A stretch of 64,000 nt of DNA from an uncultured Chloroflexia bacterium (lineage in GTDB: Bacteria; Chloroflexota; Chloroflexia; Thermomicrobiales; UBA6265). Shown piece after piece: positions 9,455 through 20,193 of the stretch. Position numbers and translations under genes: made by a program. Positions within the stretch are counted from its first letter, which is position 1. Each line of letters starts with the position of its first letter. The stretch lies in assembly GCA_963751075.1 (NCBI GenBank), contig CAVVTE010000011.1:291177-355176 (forward strand). Direction: 5' to 3'. A model generated the notes under the pieces. The model saw only the letters and a program-made list of their open reading frames with translations. It had not been told where the DNA came from and did no database searches.

Positions 9455-10357
9455 CTAGACCGCGAGGCGCCCCGTCACGAGTGCTGCTGATTCCTCGGGC
9501 CACAGGTAGGTCTCAGGTCGACGGTTCGCCAGCGAAGGAATCTGACGGCGGACCGTTTCGACTCGGGTCGAATCGATGGTCGCTTGGGCCGTTCCCACGC
9601 CGTCCGTTGCGGTGGCCAGGACAGTGCCCCATGGATCGACAACCATCGAGCGGCCGTAGCACCATTTGCCTGGCTGATATGTCCCCCACTGTGCCGGAGC
9701 GACCATGTAGATCTCGTTCTCAATTGCCCGAGCGCGGATCAGTGTCTCCCAGTGGTCCTTCCCGGTCATCAGGGTGAACGCGGCGGGCAGAATCACCGCT
9801 TGCGCGCCTTTCAGGGCCAGAATGCGAAAGAGCTCGGGGAAGCGTAAGTCATAGCAAATTGCCAGACCCACCTGAATGCCGTCGATCTCGGTGACCACCA
9901 TCTCGTTACCAGGCGTGACGGTGGCTGATTCCCGGTACTCGTCGCCGCCATCCAGGACCACGTCGAACATGTGGATCTTGCTGTAGCGGGCGATAATCTC
10001 TCCCCGAGGATCGATCACGACCGTCGTGTTGTACATGCCGGGGTCGCCGGGACGACTCTCGTAGATGCTCCCGCCGTGGACATAGATGCCGTGGCGCCGC
10101 GCTCGCTCGGCCAAAAGATCCGTAATTGGCCCCGGTATCGTCTCAGCGTGCTCGCGATTTGCATCCTCTGGACCGAGATATGGCCAGACTTCAGGGAGGG
10201 CGACCACGCGGGCGCCTGTCGCGGCCGCCCGGTCGATAAGCGTCAGCGCGGTGGCGATGTTTTCTCCTCTGTCGGCTTTCGAGTTCATCTGGAGGACGGC
10301 GATGTTCAAAGATGCGGGCCCGGTTCCGTTTGTGTGACCGTTTTGACGTGAAGACAT
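9455..10357 (-). CDS. Carbon-nitrogen hydrolase family protein (nitrilase superfamily)
   Basis: 300 aa. LNIAVLQMNS ... VVALPEVW ... KIHMFD ... LAICYDLRFPELF, which gives the Glu/Lys/Cys triad context. Confidence 0.9.
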   Translation of the reverse strand: MSSRQNGHTNGTGPASLNIAVLQMNSKADRGENIATALTLIDRAAATGARVVALPEVWPYLGPEDANREHAETIPGPITDLLAERARRHGIYVHGGSIYESRPGDPGMYNTTVVIDPRGEIIARYSKIHMFDVVLDGGDEYRESATVTPGNEMVVTEIDGIQVGLAICYDLRFPELFRILALKGAQAVILPAAFTLMTGKDHWETLIRARAIENEIYMVAPAQWGTYQPGKWCYGRSMVVDPWGTVLATATDGVGTAQATIDSTRVETVRRQIPSLANRRPETYLWPEESAALVTGRLAV

Positions 10358-10436
10358 GATGTTCTTACCCCTCGAGCCGATGAAAGCGTCTCAAGGGATC
10401 ATAGCATCGCAGGTGTGGCGCGGATCACTGGCGAGA

Positions 10437-10646
10437 TTACTGACCAACTCCGGTGGCGCGAAACCCGATCCAGACGCACAGGATAAGCAGGATGACAAGC
10501 CCAAGCACCAGAATCGCCATGCAGGATCGGCCGGCCGACTCGACGTCCGCGGCCGTTGTCAAGACAGCCTCGGTCCCCAATTCCTCCGCGTCGCGGTCCG
10601 TTCGGCCGTCAGGCTCGCTGTCACCGCGCCCAGGGGCTGGTCCCAT
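10437..10646 (-). CDS. Small membrane protein (hypothetical)
   Basis: 69 aa, starting 4 nt after the upstream stop. C-terminal hydrophobic helix MAILVLGLVILLILCVWIGF. Weak SD. Confidence 0.35.
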   Translation of the reverse strand: MGPAPGRGDSEPDGRTDRDAEELGTEAVLTTAADVESAGRSCMAILVLGLVILLILCVWIGFRATGVGQ

Positions 10647-10649
10647 GCC

Positions 10650-11249
10650 TCAACTTGCTCGCGCTTGGGCCGGCCGCGAGAGACGCCAGACATGGGTCAT
10701 TCGAGTCACGACGGTGAGATGAGTGCCGATTGCCAGGATCCAGAGAGCAGGGACAACATAACCCGTAAGGAGACCGAGGGCGAGGATAAGCACGCGCTCG
10801 GGGCGTGCCAGGAGACCGACTGAGGCTTTGAAGCCGGCAGCTTCGGCCCGCGCCCGCGCGTAGCTGATCAAGAGAGATCCCGCCGTCGCGACAAAGACTA
10901 GCAGCGAGCCAACCCTGAAATCCTGTGTGCCGAGCAGAAACAGCAGCACACCGCCGTAGACAACCGATTCCGAGTATCGATCGATCGTCGAATCGAGAAA
11001 GCCACCAAACTTGGTGACCGTTCCGGTTGCCCGGGCAACCGCGCCATCCAGCATGTCGAAACCGCTCGCAATGAGGAGAAGCACGCCGCCAAGCCGGAGG
11101 TTGCCACTGGCGATCACCGCGGCAACGAGCAAGTTGAGCAGTAGCCCGACCGCGGTAAGCAGATTCGGGGTGAGACCCCAGCGTGCCAGTGCCTCCCCCA
11201 GACGTAACGTGGAGTTCCGGATTCGCGCCCCGATAAGCTCGGAGATCAT
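10650..11249 (-). CDS. CDP-alcohol phosphatidyltransferase (PgsA/PIP-synthase-like)
   Basis: 199 aa with the full motif DGAVARATGTVTKFGGFLDSTIDRYSE (D-G-x2-A-R-x8-G-x3-D-x3-D). Confidence 0.9.
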   Translation of the reverse strand: MISELIGARIRNSTLRLGEALARWGLTPNLLTAVGLLLNLLVAAVIASGNLRLGGVLLLIASGFDMLDGAVARATGTVTKFGGFLDSTIDRYSESVVYGGVLLFLLGTQDFRVGSLLVFVATAGSLLISYARARAEAAGFKASVGLLARPERVLILALGLLTGYVVPALWILAIGTHLTVVTRMTHVWRLSRPAQARAS

Positions 11250-11262
11250 CCGCTGCCGCCCA

Positions 11263-12402
11263 TCAGACCGTGGTGCTCAACCGCGGCGCGTTTGAACTGA
11301 GTAACGCCCGGTCATAGACGGCGAGCACGCGAGAGGCGATCTCCGACCAGGCATAGTGCGCGGCAGTTTCCCGACCGGCGGCAGCCATCCGGCGCCGCAA
11401 TGGCGCATCAGATAGTAAGCGGACGATGGCAAGCGCCAGGGCTTGCGAATCCTTCGGAGGCGTCAGAAGTCCCTCATTCCCGTTGGTCATGACGCTGCGA
11501 TAACCGGGTATATCGCCGGCGATCGCTGGTCTGCCTGACGCCATCGCTTCAAGGAGGACGATGCCGAAGCTTTCCCCCGAAATAGAAGGGGCGCAAAACA
11601 GGTCGCAGCTCGCATAGTACCGAGGAAGTTCCGTGGGAGAGGCCAGTCCGACGAAATCGACATTGCGGACTCCGTAGCGCTCCATCAGTCCATCGAATCG
11701 ATCCCGCTTACCCCCGCCGACCACCACTAATCGCGCCTCAGGAAATTGCTGGTGAATGAGGGGCATGGCGCGAAGCAGGTATTTGAAGCCCTTGCGCGGC
11801 TCGTTGAATCGTCCCACAAAGAGGATGCGCGGAATGCCATCGCGTGCCCAGGGAAACGGTTCGATGTTATGGAAGCGGTCGACGTCGATGCCATTGGGAA
11901 CGATGTCATATGGACCGTGAAAATACTGGCTGACGAAGGTCCGCGCCGGTTCGGAGACGGCGATCCGCGCGTCGAGCCGGGACATCATGAACGTCATGTA
12001 CGGTTTGAACGCGGTGTACCACGGGCTCGAGGCCCGGAACGCGTGAAACGTTGCCACGTTTACCGCCCGGGAATTGAGTAGCACCAGGTAGGGCAGCACC
12101 GGAATGAGCGGCTCATGCAAGTGGATCACGTCGAACTGCTCGTTGCGCAGCAGCGTCTTCACTGCGGTATAGAGAGTCACATCGAAGGTCACACGAACGG
12201 TGCTGCCGTTGGCCGGAATCGGCACCGTGCGGCCAATCCCATAGAATCCGTCCCGGACCTCCAGGCCCCCCTTACGGCCTCGAGGCGCAAGCACCGTCAC
12301 ATCGTGTCCGTGTCGCACAAACTCCGAGCGCAGGTGTCCGATGTGCTCGAATACTCCGCCAGGGTGGCCGGTGTCATACGGGGAGACCAGCGCGATTTTC
12401 AT
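11263..12402 (-). CDS. Glycosyltransferase family 4 (PimA-like)
   Basis: 379 aa. MKIALVSPYDTGHPGGVFEHI at the N-terminus and the C-terminal GT-B region SISGESFGIVLLEAMASGRPAIAGDIPGY. Confidence 0.9.
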   Translation of the reverse strand: MKIALVSPYDTGHPGGVFEHIGHLRSEFVRHGHDVTVLAPRGRKGGLEVRDGFYGIGRTVPIPANGSTVRVTFDVTLYTAVKTLLRNEQFDVIHLHEPLIPVLPYLVLLNSRAVNVATFHAFRASSPWYTAFKPYMTFMMSRLDARIAVSEPARTFVSQYFHGPYDIVPNGIDVDRFHNIEPFPWARDGIPRILFVGRFNEPRKGFKYLLRAMPLIHQQFPEARLVVVGGGKRDRFDGLMERYGVRNVDFVGLASPTELPRYYASCDLFCAPSISGESFGIVLLEAMASGRPAIAGDIPGYRSVMTNGNEGLLTPPKDSQALALAIVRLLSDAPLRRRMAAAGRETAAHYAWSEIASRVLAVYDRALLSSNAPRLSTTV

Positions 12403-12590
12403 CGGTCTGCGCCAGGGGATTTTCCAGCAGTATTGAAGTGGTCCAGAAGCATTGCACGACCCAGGCGTCTCGTGGGGCTCACCGCGGCTGACATCGTCAT
12501 GTGGCCCTCAATGCGTGTCCCGCAAGCGAGGTAGGACGACGATGCCGAGCTTGCTCCTGCCGATCATAACAAAGCTTGGGAGCCGAAATG

Positions 12591-13628
12591 TCAGGCTGAT
12601 CGTGCCGACCCTTCACCGGTGGCCAGATCTTCCGCGTAATGGCAGGCGACCCAGTGTCCGGGCTCGAGCGGCCTGAGCGGCGGCACTTCCTCCGCACAGC
12701 GGACGGTGGCAAAAGGACAGCGTGTGCGAAATCGGCAACCAGATGGGGGCGAAATTGGACTAGGGGGATCGCCAGGTATTGGTGCCCGGGTGCGCCGGAG
12801 TCGAGGATTCGCCACCGGCGCCGCGGCCAGGAGCGCACGCGTGTACGGGTGCAGTGGCCGCTCGTAGAGCGCGGCGGTTGTCGCCCGCTCCACGATGACG
12901 CCCAGATACATGACGGCGACTTCATCCGATATGTGCCTGACCACGCCAAGATCGTGACTGATGAAGAGGTAGGAGAGGTCGCGCTCGTCGCGGAGGCGCT
13001 CCAGCAACTGGAGGATCTGGGCCTGAACGGAAACATCGAGCGCGCTCACCGGTTCGTCGGCAACGATGAGCTCCGGTTCGACAGCAAGCGCCCGCGCAAT
13101 GCCGACCCGCTGCCGCTGCCCCCCGGAGAGCTCATTCGGGTAACGGCCTGCTTGCTGACCGCTTAGTCCCACCGTCTCGAGGAGCTCCCTAACGGCTTCG
13201 GAGCGCCCACGTTGTTCAACCATCTTGTGAAAGGTGAGCACCTCGCCGAGTGTCTGGCCGATCGTCATCCGCGGGTTCAGGGACGAGTTCGGATCCTGGA
13301 AGACGATCTGGAGCTGTTTGCGCCGAAGCCGCATTCCTGCCTCGTCACGTGAATCGATGCGTTCACCCTTGATCATCACCTCGCCTGAGGTCGGCTCCTG
13401 CAGGAACAGGACACAGCGTCCCGTCGTTGTCTTGCCGCAGCCACTCTCACCAACCAGCGCCAGCGTTTGCCCCTTGCAGACACTGAAGCTCACGCCGTCG
13501 ACCGCGCGTACGGCCCGATGTGGCAATCGGCGCACGGCATCGCTGACGGAACGCCGCACCGGGAAGTGCTTGACCAGATTCCGCACGTCAAGGAGCGGCG
13601 CCTCGCCGTTCCCGCTTGCCGAGGTCAT
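12591..13628 (-). CDS. ABC transporter ATP-binding protein, peptide family (OppF/DppF-type)
   Basis: Walker A GESGCGKTT, signature LSGGQRQR, Walker B LIVADEP, and a C-terminal oligopeptide-type Cys-rich extension. Confidence 0.9.
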   Translation of the reverse strand: MTSASGNGEAPLLDVRNLVKHFPVRRSVSDAVRRLPHRAVRAVDGVSFSVCKGQTLALVGESGCGKTTTGRCVLFLQEPTSGEVMIKGERIDSRDEAGMRLRRKQLQIVFQDPNSSLNPRMTIGQTLGEVLTFHKMVEQRGRSEAVRELLETVGLSGQQAGRYPNELSGGQRQRVGIARALAVEPELIVADEPVSALDVSVQAQILQLLERLRDERDLSYLFISHDLGVVRHISDEVAVMYLGVIVERATTAALYERPLHPYTRALLAAAPVANPRLRRTRAPIPGDPPSPISPPSGCRFRTRCPFATVRCAEEVPPLRPLEPGHWVACHYAEDLATGEGSARSA

Positions 13629-14647
13629 CCGCTGGCGGCCTCCGCGAATACGTCAATTCTGCGCCGCGAAGAGATCGTCCCCGCGAAATGACAGGCCGCC
13701 AAGTGACCGGGAGCTACCTCTCGCATCGGGGGAACGACCTGGGCGCAGACCGGCTCCCGATAGGGACAGCGCGGATGGAACGGGCAACCAGGCGGCGGGT
13801 GAGCCATGTCCGGTGGCGCTCCCTCGATCGGTTGTGGTGCAACGCCAGGAAGATCGGGTCGGGGGATCGCGTTCATCAGCCCCAGGCTGTAAGGGTGCTC
13901 TGGATCATCAAAGAGCGTGTCGATCGGCGCTTGCTCGACAATGCGTCCGGCGTACATGACGGCGACGCGATCGCACATCTCGGCGACGACACCTAGGTCG
14001 TGCGTGATGAGCAGGATGCTCATTCCGTACTTGCCTTGAAGGTCGCGAAGCAGCGCCAGAATCTGGGCCTGGATCGTGACGTCCAGGGCAGTCGTTGGCT
14101 CGTCCGCGATCAGCAGCTCCGGACGCGATGAAAGCGCCATAGCGATCATGACGCGCTGGCGGAGACCGCCCGAAAGCTGATGAGGGTACGCGGCGTATCG
14201 CAGCTCGGGACTTGGAATACCGACTTCCCGAAAGAGCCGGATCACCTCATCAGAGGCGGCGGACCGGCCGAGACCCTGATGCCGTCGAATTGCTTCGCTC
14301 ACCTGCTCGCCTGCGCTGAAGAGGGGGTTCAGAAACGTCATCGGGTCCTGGAAGATCATGGAGATTCGGCTGCCGCGGAGATCTTCCATGTCGCTTTCAC
14401 GGAGTGTCGCAAGGTCCTGGTCGTGAAAGAGAATCCGGCCGGAAACGTGTTTGCCCGGCGGCATTGGCACCAGCCGCATGATCGCTCGCGCGGTGACGCT
14501 CTTTCCGGAGCCGGACTCGCCGACAAGTCCTACCACTTCACCGGACCGGATCTCGAGATTGACGCCGTTGACCGCGCGCACATCGCTGGTGCGCGTCGCA
14601 AAGGAGATGCGCAAGTCTTCGATGCTCAGCAATGGTGAATCGGTCAT
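13625..14647 (-). CDS. ABC transporter ATP-binding protein, peptide family (OppD/DppD-type)
   Basis: Start [16 protein letters not shown] at 14647, an ATGA overlap with the upstream permease stop. Walker [26 protein letters not shown]. Confidence 0.9.
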   Translation of the reverse strand: MTDSPLLSIEDLRISFATRTSDVRAVNGVNLEIRSGEVVGLVGESGSGKSVTARAIMRLVPMPPGKHVSGRILFHDQDLATLRESDMEDLRGSRISMIFQDPMTFLNPLFSAGEQVSEAIRRHQGLGRSAASDEVIRLFREVGIPSPELRYAAYPHQLSGGLRQRVMIAMALSSRPELLIADEPTTALDVTIQAQILALLRDLQGKYGMSILLITHDLGVVAEMCDRVAVMYAGRIVEQAPIDTLFDDPEHPYSLGLMNAIPRPDLPGVAPQPIEGAPPDMAHPPPGCPFHPRCPYREPVCAQVVPPMREVAPGHLAACHFAGTISSRRRIDVFAEAASG

Positions 14648-15537
14648 CGCTGCGCCTGCCGCGGATCGAGAACATCGCGCAGGCCGTCCCCAAGCAGGTT
14701 GAACCCCAGGACAGCCAGGACGATAGCGAACCCTGCCGCCAGCGCCACGTGCGGTGAAGTCAGGAGCACGAGCTGTCCTTCGGAGAGCATCGTTCCCCAA
14801 TCGGGGGTCGGCGGTTGCACACCGAGTCCCAGGTAGGATAGCGCGGCGAGGTCGAGTAGCGCGTACGCGATGTCGATCGACGAGACCACAATGATCGGGG
14901 AGATGCAATTGGGCAGGATGTGGCGGAAGATGATCCGGCCCTGGCCGTAGCCGAGCGCTCGCGCCGCTTCGGTGTAGGCCATCTCTTTCTGGACGAGCGT
15001 GACGCTGCGGACGACGCGGGCAATGAACGGGACGTAAAGAATACCCAGCGCGACCGCCGCTTTCGCTAGTCCCGGTCCAAATGCGGCAACGACGGCGAAC
15101 GCGAGCAGTAATGGTGGAAACGCCAGCAACATGTCCCAGACACGCGTGACGGTTTCGTCGACCCACCCGCCCCGATAAGCGGCCCAGATGCCGATGGGCA
15201 CACCGATGACCTCGGAGATGATTACGATCATCAGCGCGCCGCCGAGTGCCGTGCGCGTTCCATAGGTCAGCCGGCTCAGGATATCTCGCCCGTTCTTGTC
15301 CGCTCCGAGCACATAGGCTTGACCTGGTGCGGCGAGACTGTCAGCCAGTTCACCATCCGTCGGGTCCTTCGGTGCAATCAGTGGCGCGCTGATGGCGACC
15401 GCCAGCAGGAATACCACGATGACCGAGCCGACCACGGCTTTCGGGTTGTGGCGCATCCTCCACCAGAACATCGACCACGGTGAGTGGACGGCGTCTGGTA
15501 CTTGCGGGATCGCCAGCGGAGCGACGTCGACCGCCAC
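14644..15537 (-). CDS. ABC transporter permease (DppC/OppC-type)
   Basis: 297 aa, polytopic, C-terminus NLLGDGLRDVLDPRQ. Confidence 0.9.
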   Translation of the reverse strand: MAVDVAPLAIPQVPDAVHSPWSMFWWRMRHNPKAVVGSVIVVFLLAVAISAPLIAPKDPTDGELADSLAAPGQAYVLGADKNGRDILSRLTYGTRTALGGALMIVIISEVIGVPIGIWAAYRGGWVDETVTRVWDMLLAFPPLLLAFAVVAAFGPGLAKAAVALGILYVPFIARVVRSVTLVQKEMAYTEAARALGYGQGRIIFRHILPNCISPIIVVSSIDIAYALLDLAALSYLGLGVQPPTPDWGTMLSEGQLVLLTSPHVALAAGFAIVLAVLGFNLLGDGLRDVLDPRQAQR

Positions 15538-15539
15538 GA

Positions 15540-16487
15540 TCAGGCCTTCCCGCCGAAGCGGACTCGGGGATCGATGACCGCGTAGAGCACGTCGACGAGC
15601 AAGTTGATAACGATGAAGAGCCCGGCGATGAAGATGGTTGCCCCTTGCACGACCGGGTAATCGCGCACCTGCACGGCATCGATCAGTAGCGAGCCAAGTC
15701 CCCCAAGGCCAAATGTGTGCTCGACGAGCACCGTGCCAACGATGAGGAACCCAAAAAGGAGACCGAAGACAGTCACAACGGGGATCAGGGCATTGCGGAA
15801 GGCGTGCTTCATGATCACCTTGCGACTGGAAAGCCCTTTTGCCCGCGCAGTCTCGATGTAGTCCTGTGTCAGGGCCTCGACCATCGACGAGCGAGTGATG
15901 CGCGTGGTGATCGCCGCCAGCGAAATACCGAGCGTCAGCGACGGCAAAAACAGGTGCTTGACGGTATCCAGCCCACCGTCACCGGCGCCGAGCGCCGGTA
16001 GCCACCCGAGCTTGTAGGAGAAGACCAGGATCAGCAGAATCCCGGTGAAAAATACCGGGGACGACGCTACCAGGACCGCGAATATCGTCGCCCCGACGTC
16101 GACCCAGGTATTGCGGTGAACCGCCGCCAGAACGCCGAGGGGTAAGGCAATCACCAGCGCCAGCATGAATGAAAACGCGGCGAGCTTCGCCGTCAGCGGT
16201 AGCCGCTCGACGATCAGCGTCGTGACCTCGGTTCGTTGCCGGTACGAGCGGCCCAGGTTCCCGTTCAGGAGGTCGCCGACCCAGAGACGGTATTGGGTTA
16301 GCAGTGGCTGATCGAGACGATACGCCGCCCGGATGTTTGCCAGGTTCTGCTCGCTGATGCGCTGGCCGCCGACCATGATCCGTGCCGGATCGCCGGGGAC
16401 GAAGCGCACCATGAAAAAGACGATCGACGTGATCACGAACATGAGCGGGATCAATGTGAGCAGTCTGGTCAGGATCAGCCGCGCCAT
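15540..16487 (-). CDS. ABC transporter permease (DppB/OppB-type)
   Basis: 315 aa. VPGDPARIM, YIETARAKGLS, C-terminus VLYAVIDPRVRF. Confidence 0.9.
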   Translation of the reverse strand: MARLILTRLLTLIPLMFVITSIVFFMVRFVPGDPARIMVGGQRISEQNLANIRAAYRLDQPLLTQYRLWVGDLLNGNLGRSYRQRTEVTTLIVERLPLTAKLAAFSFMLALVIALPLGVLAAVHRNTWVDVGATIFAVLVASSPVFFTGILLILVFSYKLGWLPALGAGDGGLDTVKHLFLPSLTLGISLAAITTRITRSSMVEALTQDYIETARAKGLSSRKVIMKHAFRNALIPVVTVFGLLFGFLIVGTVLVEHTFGLGGLGSLLIDAVQVRDYPVVQGATIFIAGLFIVINLLVDVLYAVIDPRVRFGGKA

Positions 16488-16521
16488 CGGCGACGCCCCC
16501 TGTATTGCCTTGAGTTGTGCA

Positions 16522-17446
16522 TCATCGTGGCGATGCTGTTGTCACGCTACTTGGTTCATCGACCCGGTTGAGGAAGTCGAGGAGCACGGCGCGGTAGTGC
16601 TCGTAATCTTCCAGATGCACAGCATGCCCACATCCGGGGAAGATCTGCAGCTCCGATCCTGGAATGCCCGCCTGTAGCGTTCGCGCGCACGATGGGTGAA
16701 CTTCGTCGAATTCACCGACCGTGATCAGCGTCGGCGTGGAGATCTCGCCGAGCCGGTCAGTGCGGTCCCACTCCAGCAGGTTTCCGGTACAGGTGAACTC
16801 GTTCGGGCCCCACATGGTGTTATAGACCGGCGCCGCCATGTGCTTTATTGCCCGTGCCAGCGGTTCCGGGTAGGGCCAGACCCGGCAAAAGTTCCGGCGA
16901 TACAGGGTCTCCAGTGCCGCAAGATAGTCGGGGTGCTGGTAGTCCTGCGCCGCCTCATAGCGCGCCATGGTTGCTTGGGTCTCGGGTGGGAGCTCCTGTC
17001 TCCATGCGTTCATGCCGGTGACGCACTCTGTGGTGCTGGCCGCTCCCGAGGCGAGCGAGAGACTGCGCAGATGCTCGCCGTGGTGTAGCGCGTATTCGAT
17101 CGCCAGGAACGCGCCCCAGGACTGTCCCAACAAGTGCATCAGCCCGAGATCGAGCGCCTGGCGAACTTTTTCGACCTCGGCGACGAAGCGCGGCACTTGC
17201 CAGAGCGTGATGTCGTCCGGTTTGTCGGAGCGCCAGGAGCCGAGCTGATCGTAGCGAACGACGCGAAATCCCTCCTCGGCAAGATCGAGAAAGGGAGACA
17301 AGTCCTCGGAGTTTCCGCCGGGTCCGCCATGGAGCAAAAGCAGCGTCCGTTCGCCCTCGCCGGCGCTCTCATACCAGACCCGGCCGGCGTCCGACGTCGA
17401 TATATCCCTGCTGTTCGTGGCATATCGGAACTGTGGATTCCTTCAT
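16522..17446 (-). pseudogene. Proline iminopeptidase-family alpha/beta hydrolase with a 5' frameshift
   Basis: The main ORF 16522..17337 begins inside LLLLHGGPGG and has GQSWGA. The natural N-terminus MKESTVPICHEQQGYIDVG starts at ATG 17446 in another frame and joins DAGRVWYESAGEGERTLLLLHGGPGG after a 1-nt indel near 17390. Confidence 0.7.
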
Positions 17447-17509
17447 GTAAAGGCGGGTCTCGCGGTGTAGTGCAGGACCCGACGATGGTTCCGGTATGAC
17501 TCAGGCCGG

Positions 17510-19192
17510 TTATGCGTCCGCTGGCTTCAGGTCCCGCGTGAACGCATCCCAGTACCAAAGTGCGGTGATCTGGTAGCCGGTTATGCCCCTGGTCATCGGC
17601 ATATACCACTTGTAGTGTTCAAAGAAAATCCAGGGTTGGTCGGCGGAGATCAGTTTCTGTGCGTCGACGAGCATCTGCCGCCGTTTCTCCTCATCCAGTT
17701 CGACCTCGGAATCATCCAACAACCCGTCGACGTCGGGGTTGTTGTAGTAGGCGTGGTTGTTCTGCGGTGGGAAGTTCTGCGAGTGGAAAAGAGGGATCAG
17801 GTTACCAGCAGCGTCCGGGAAGTCGGAGGCCCACTGGTACGACATCATTCCCTCATAATCGCCAGCCTGCTGAAGGCTGATCCAGTCGGCGTAAGGCATA
17901 CTGAACGATCTCAACCTCGATGTTCAACTCTTTGAGGGCTTCCTGGACAGCGATTGCCTGCGGGACCCATACATCATTCGGCGCGATCACGGATAACTTC
18001 GTCGAAAATCCATCCGGCATGGCTCGACTCCGCCATCAGTTGCTTGGCCTTGTCGAGGTCATAGGGAACCGGTTCCAACTGGCTTGCGGCGCTGCCCGGC
18101 ATCTCGGTGGGACGGAGGTGTTGCGGGCGTGAATGCCGGTGTCCCGAACGATGTTGTCCATGATCGCTTCAATGTCGACTGCATAGTTGACTGCCTGACG
18201 GACTTTGATGTCGTCGAACGGAGGTCTGTCGGTGCGCAGCACTATGCAGTTGATGGTATAGCCGACGATCTCCTGGAAGTCGACGTTCTCGAATCCCATG
18301 ACCGCGTCGACCTGGTCCGCGGGCACTTGCGTCATGGCTTGATTTCGTCATTCTTCTGGGCCGGTGACCCGCGTGGTTCCTTCCTCGACGATCTTGAGAT
18401 GATCACTCTGTCGAAGTAGGGTTTGCCTTCCTGCCAGTACTTCGTGTTCTTCTCGAGCACGATCTCGCTGCCGGCATGCCCAATTGACGAACTTGTACGG
18501 GCCGGTGCCGATCGGGTTGCGAAGCAGGTCGAGTCCGTACGTGCTCGATAGCCGCCTTCGGGATGACATGGCCCGCAGTTGTGGCGGGCACGTACTGGAA
18601 GAGGGCACTCGGGGTCTTGAGCCTGATCGTCATAGTCTGATCGTCGATCCGCTCGACCGTCGCCTCAGGGCCGTCGTACATCCAAGCCAGCGGGCCAGCT
18701 ACCTCCGGGTCTCGGACCCGGGCAATCGACGCGATGACATCGTCGACAGTTACCGGCGAGCCGTCGTGAGAAAATGATGCCGTCGCGAAGAGTGTAGATG
18801 TAAGTCAGCTCATCGGGGTGATCCCACTTTTCCGCCAATAATGGCTGGAGACCGCCCTCGGCGTCGAAAATCAGCAAGCCCTCGGAGATTTGGCAAACCA
18901 CAGGGTTGGCAGTGAAGTCGTAGGACAGGGCGGGCTCCAGGCCGCGGACGTCGCCCTCGAGGCCAAAGGTGAACGTATCGTCTTCTACCTGAACCGCAGA
19001 AAGCCCGGGCAGAAAGCGCATTCCCCACTGCCTCGGCTGGTCCGCCGAGTGCGGAGTCAGTGTCGCGGCGCCAGCCGAACCAGCCGCCAGTTTCAGGAAA
19101 CCGCGCCGGTTGGTCCATGTCTGGCGCAACCCGGACAGATACCGTGCCATTTTGTGATCGAATTCGCGCCCGGGGTCTCGCCCTTCAGTCAC
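17510..19192 (-). pseudogene. ABC transporter substrate-binding protein, family 5 (peptide/nickel), heavily frameshifted
   Basis: The TAT-signal N-terminus (NRRGFLKLAAGSAGAATL) and successive SBP_bac_5-like segments (GTGPYKFVNW, RQAVNYAVD, PYDLDKAKQLM, C-terminal FFEHYKWYMPMTRGITGY) sit in alternating frames. At least 8 frame changes or stops by eye. Confidence 0.85.
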
Positions 19193-19345
19193 GGTCCTCT
19201 CCTAACACATGCCTGGGTGGCCGTCACACGACAACCAGCTCGCAGGAGCCGTCCAAAGCTGTCTGAGTTCTGACGTCTACTACCGTGCGCCAGATAGTAC
19301 AGCAGTCCGCCGATTGTCGCGCTCTTGTGGCGACGAATGCGGTGG

Positions 19346-20119
19346 TCAACTACCTGGTGTCGTGATCACCATTCCATCCCAGGCGATCTCGATCCCAGCC
19401 GGGAGAAGCTTTTCGGCATCCGCATGGCTGGTTTCGTGGGAGAGGTGCACCAGGTATGTGCGCCGAGGCCGCACGACTCGCACCACCTCAACCGCTTCCG
19501 AGAAGCTGAGGTGCGTCGGGTGACTCCGCTCTCGCAATGCATTGAGCACGAGTACGTCCAGATCATGCAGGAGGTCGAGAGACGTGGGGGGAAGCTCCTT
19601 GGCATCAGTGATGTAGGCAAGATCGTCGAACCGGAAGCCACTGATCGGCAACCTTCCATGCAGGACAGGAACGGGGATGATCTGGTGACCAAAGAGGTCG
19701 AAGGGGCCGTCGATCTCGTGCAGGATGAGGTCGGGTTTGCCACCGTAGAAGGGGAACATGTCGGTAAAGGTGTACGCGTACCGCTCGCGCAGCATCGAGC
19801 TCGTGTGGGGATTGGCATAGACCGGAATGTGATGACCTTGTAGCTCATTGAAGCGCCGCAGATCGTCGAAGCCTCCGGTATGGTCGGCATGGGCATGGGT
19901 CATGAGCACGGCGTCCACCCGGCGCATACCGTTGGCGATCGCCTGCGAACGGAGTTCGGTAGCGGTATCGATCAGGAGATTGTGCTCGCCGAGACGGACG
20001 ACTGCCGAGGTGCGCGTGCGCCGGTCACGGGGGTCAGAAGAGCGACAGACCGCGCAATCACAACCGATCACCGGAATGCCGTTTGACGTTCCGGTGCCGA
20101 GAAGAGTTATCTCAGGCAT
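19346..20119 (-). CDS. MBL-fold metallo-hydrolase (PhnP-like)
   Basis: 257 aa. LGTGTSNGIPVIGCDCAVC and the metal motif THAHADH. Confidence 0.85.
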   Translation of the reverse strand: MPEITLLGTGTSNGIPVIGCDCAVCRSSDPRDRRTRTSAVVRLGEHNLLIDTATELRSQAIANGMRRVDAVLMTHAHADHTGGFDDLRRFNELQGHHIPVYANPHTSSMLRERYAYTFTDMFPFYGGKPDLILHEIDGPFDLFGHQIIPVPVLHGRLPISGFRFDDLAYITDAKELPPTSLDLLHDLDVLVLNALRERSHPTHLSFSEAVEVVRVVRPRRTYLVHLSHETSHADAEKLLPAGIEIAWDGMVITTPGS

Positions 20120-20193
20120 ACTCGATCGAGTATAGCGCCGCCGTCGCCGCCCGATTGCGGATCGCTGGGATGCTGCGTGAGGAGCAGAAAGGC

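Noticed and set aside
14648-15166. N-terminal 173 codons of the 513-aa ORF 13625..15166
   Set aside because: This part overlaps the upstream permease gene in another frame and is Arg-rich nonsense. The ATPase clearly starts at [12 protein letters not shown] (14647), with an ATGA overlap.
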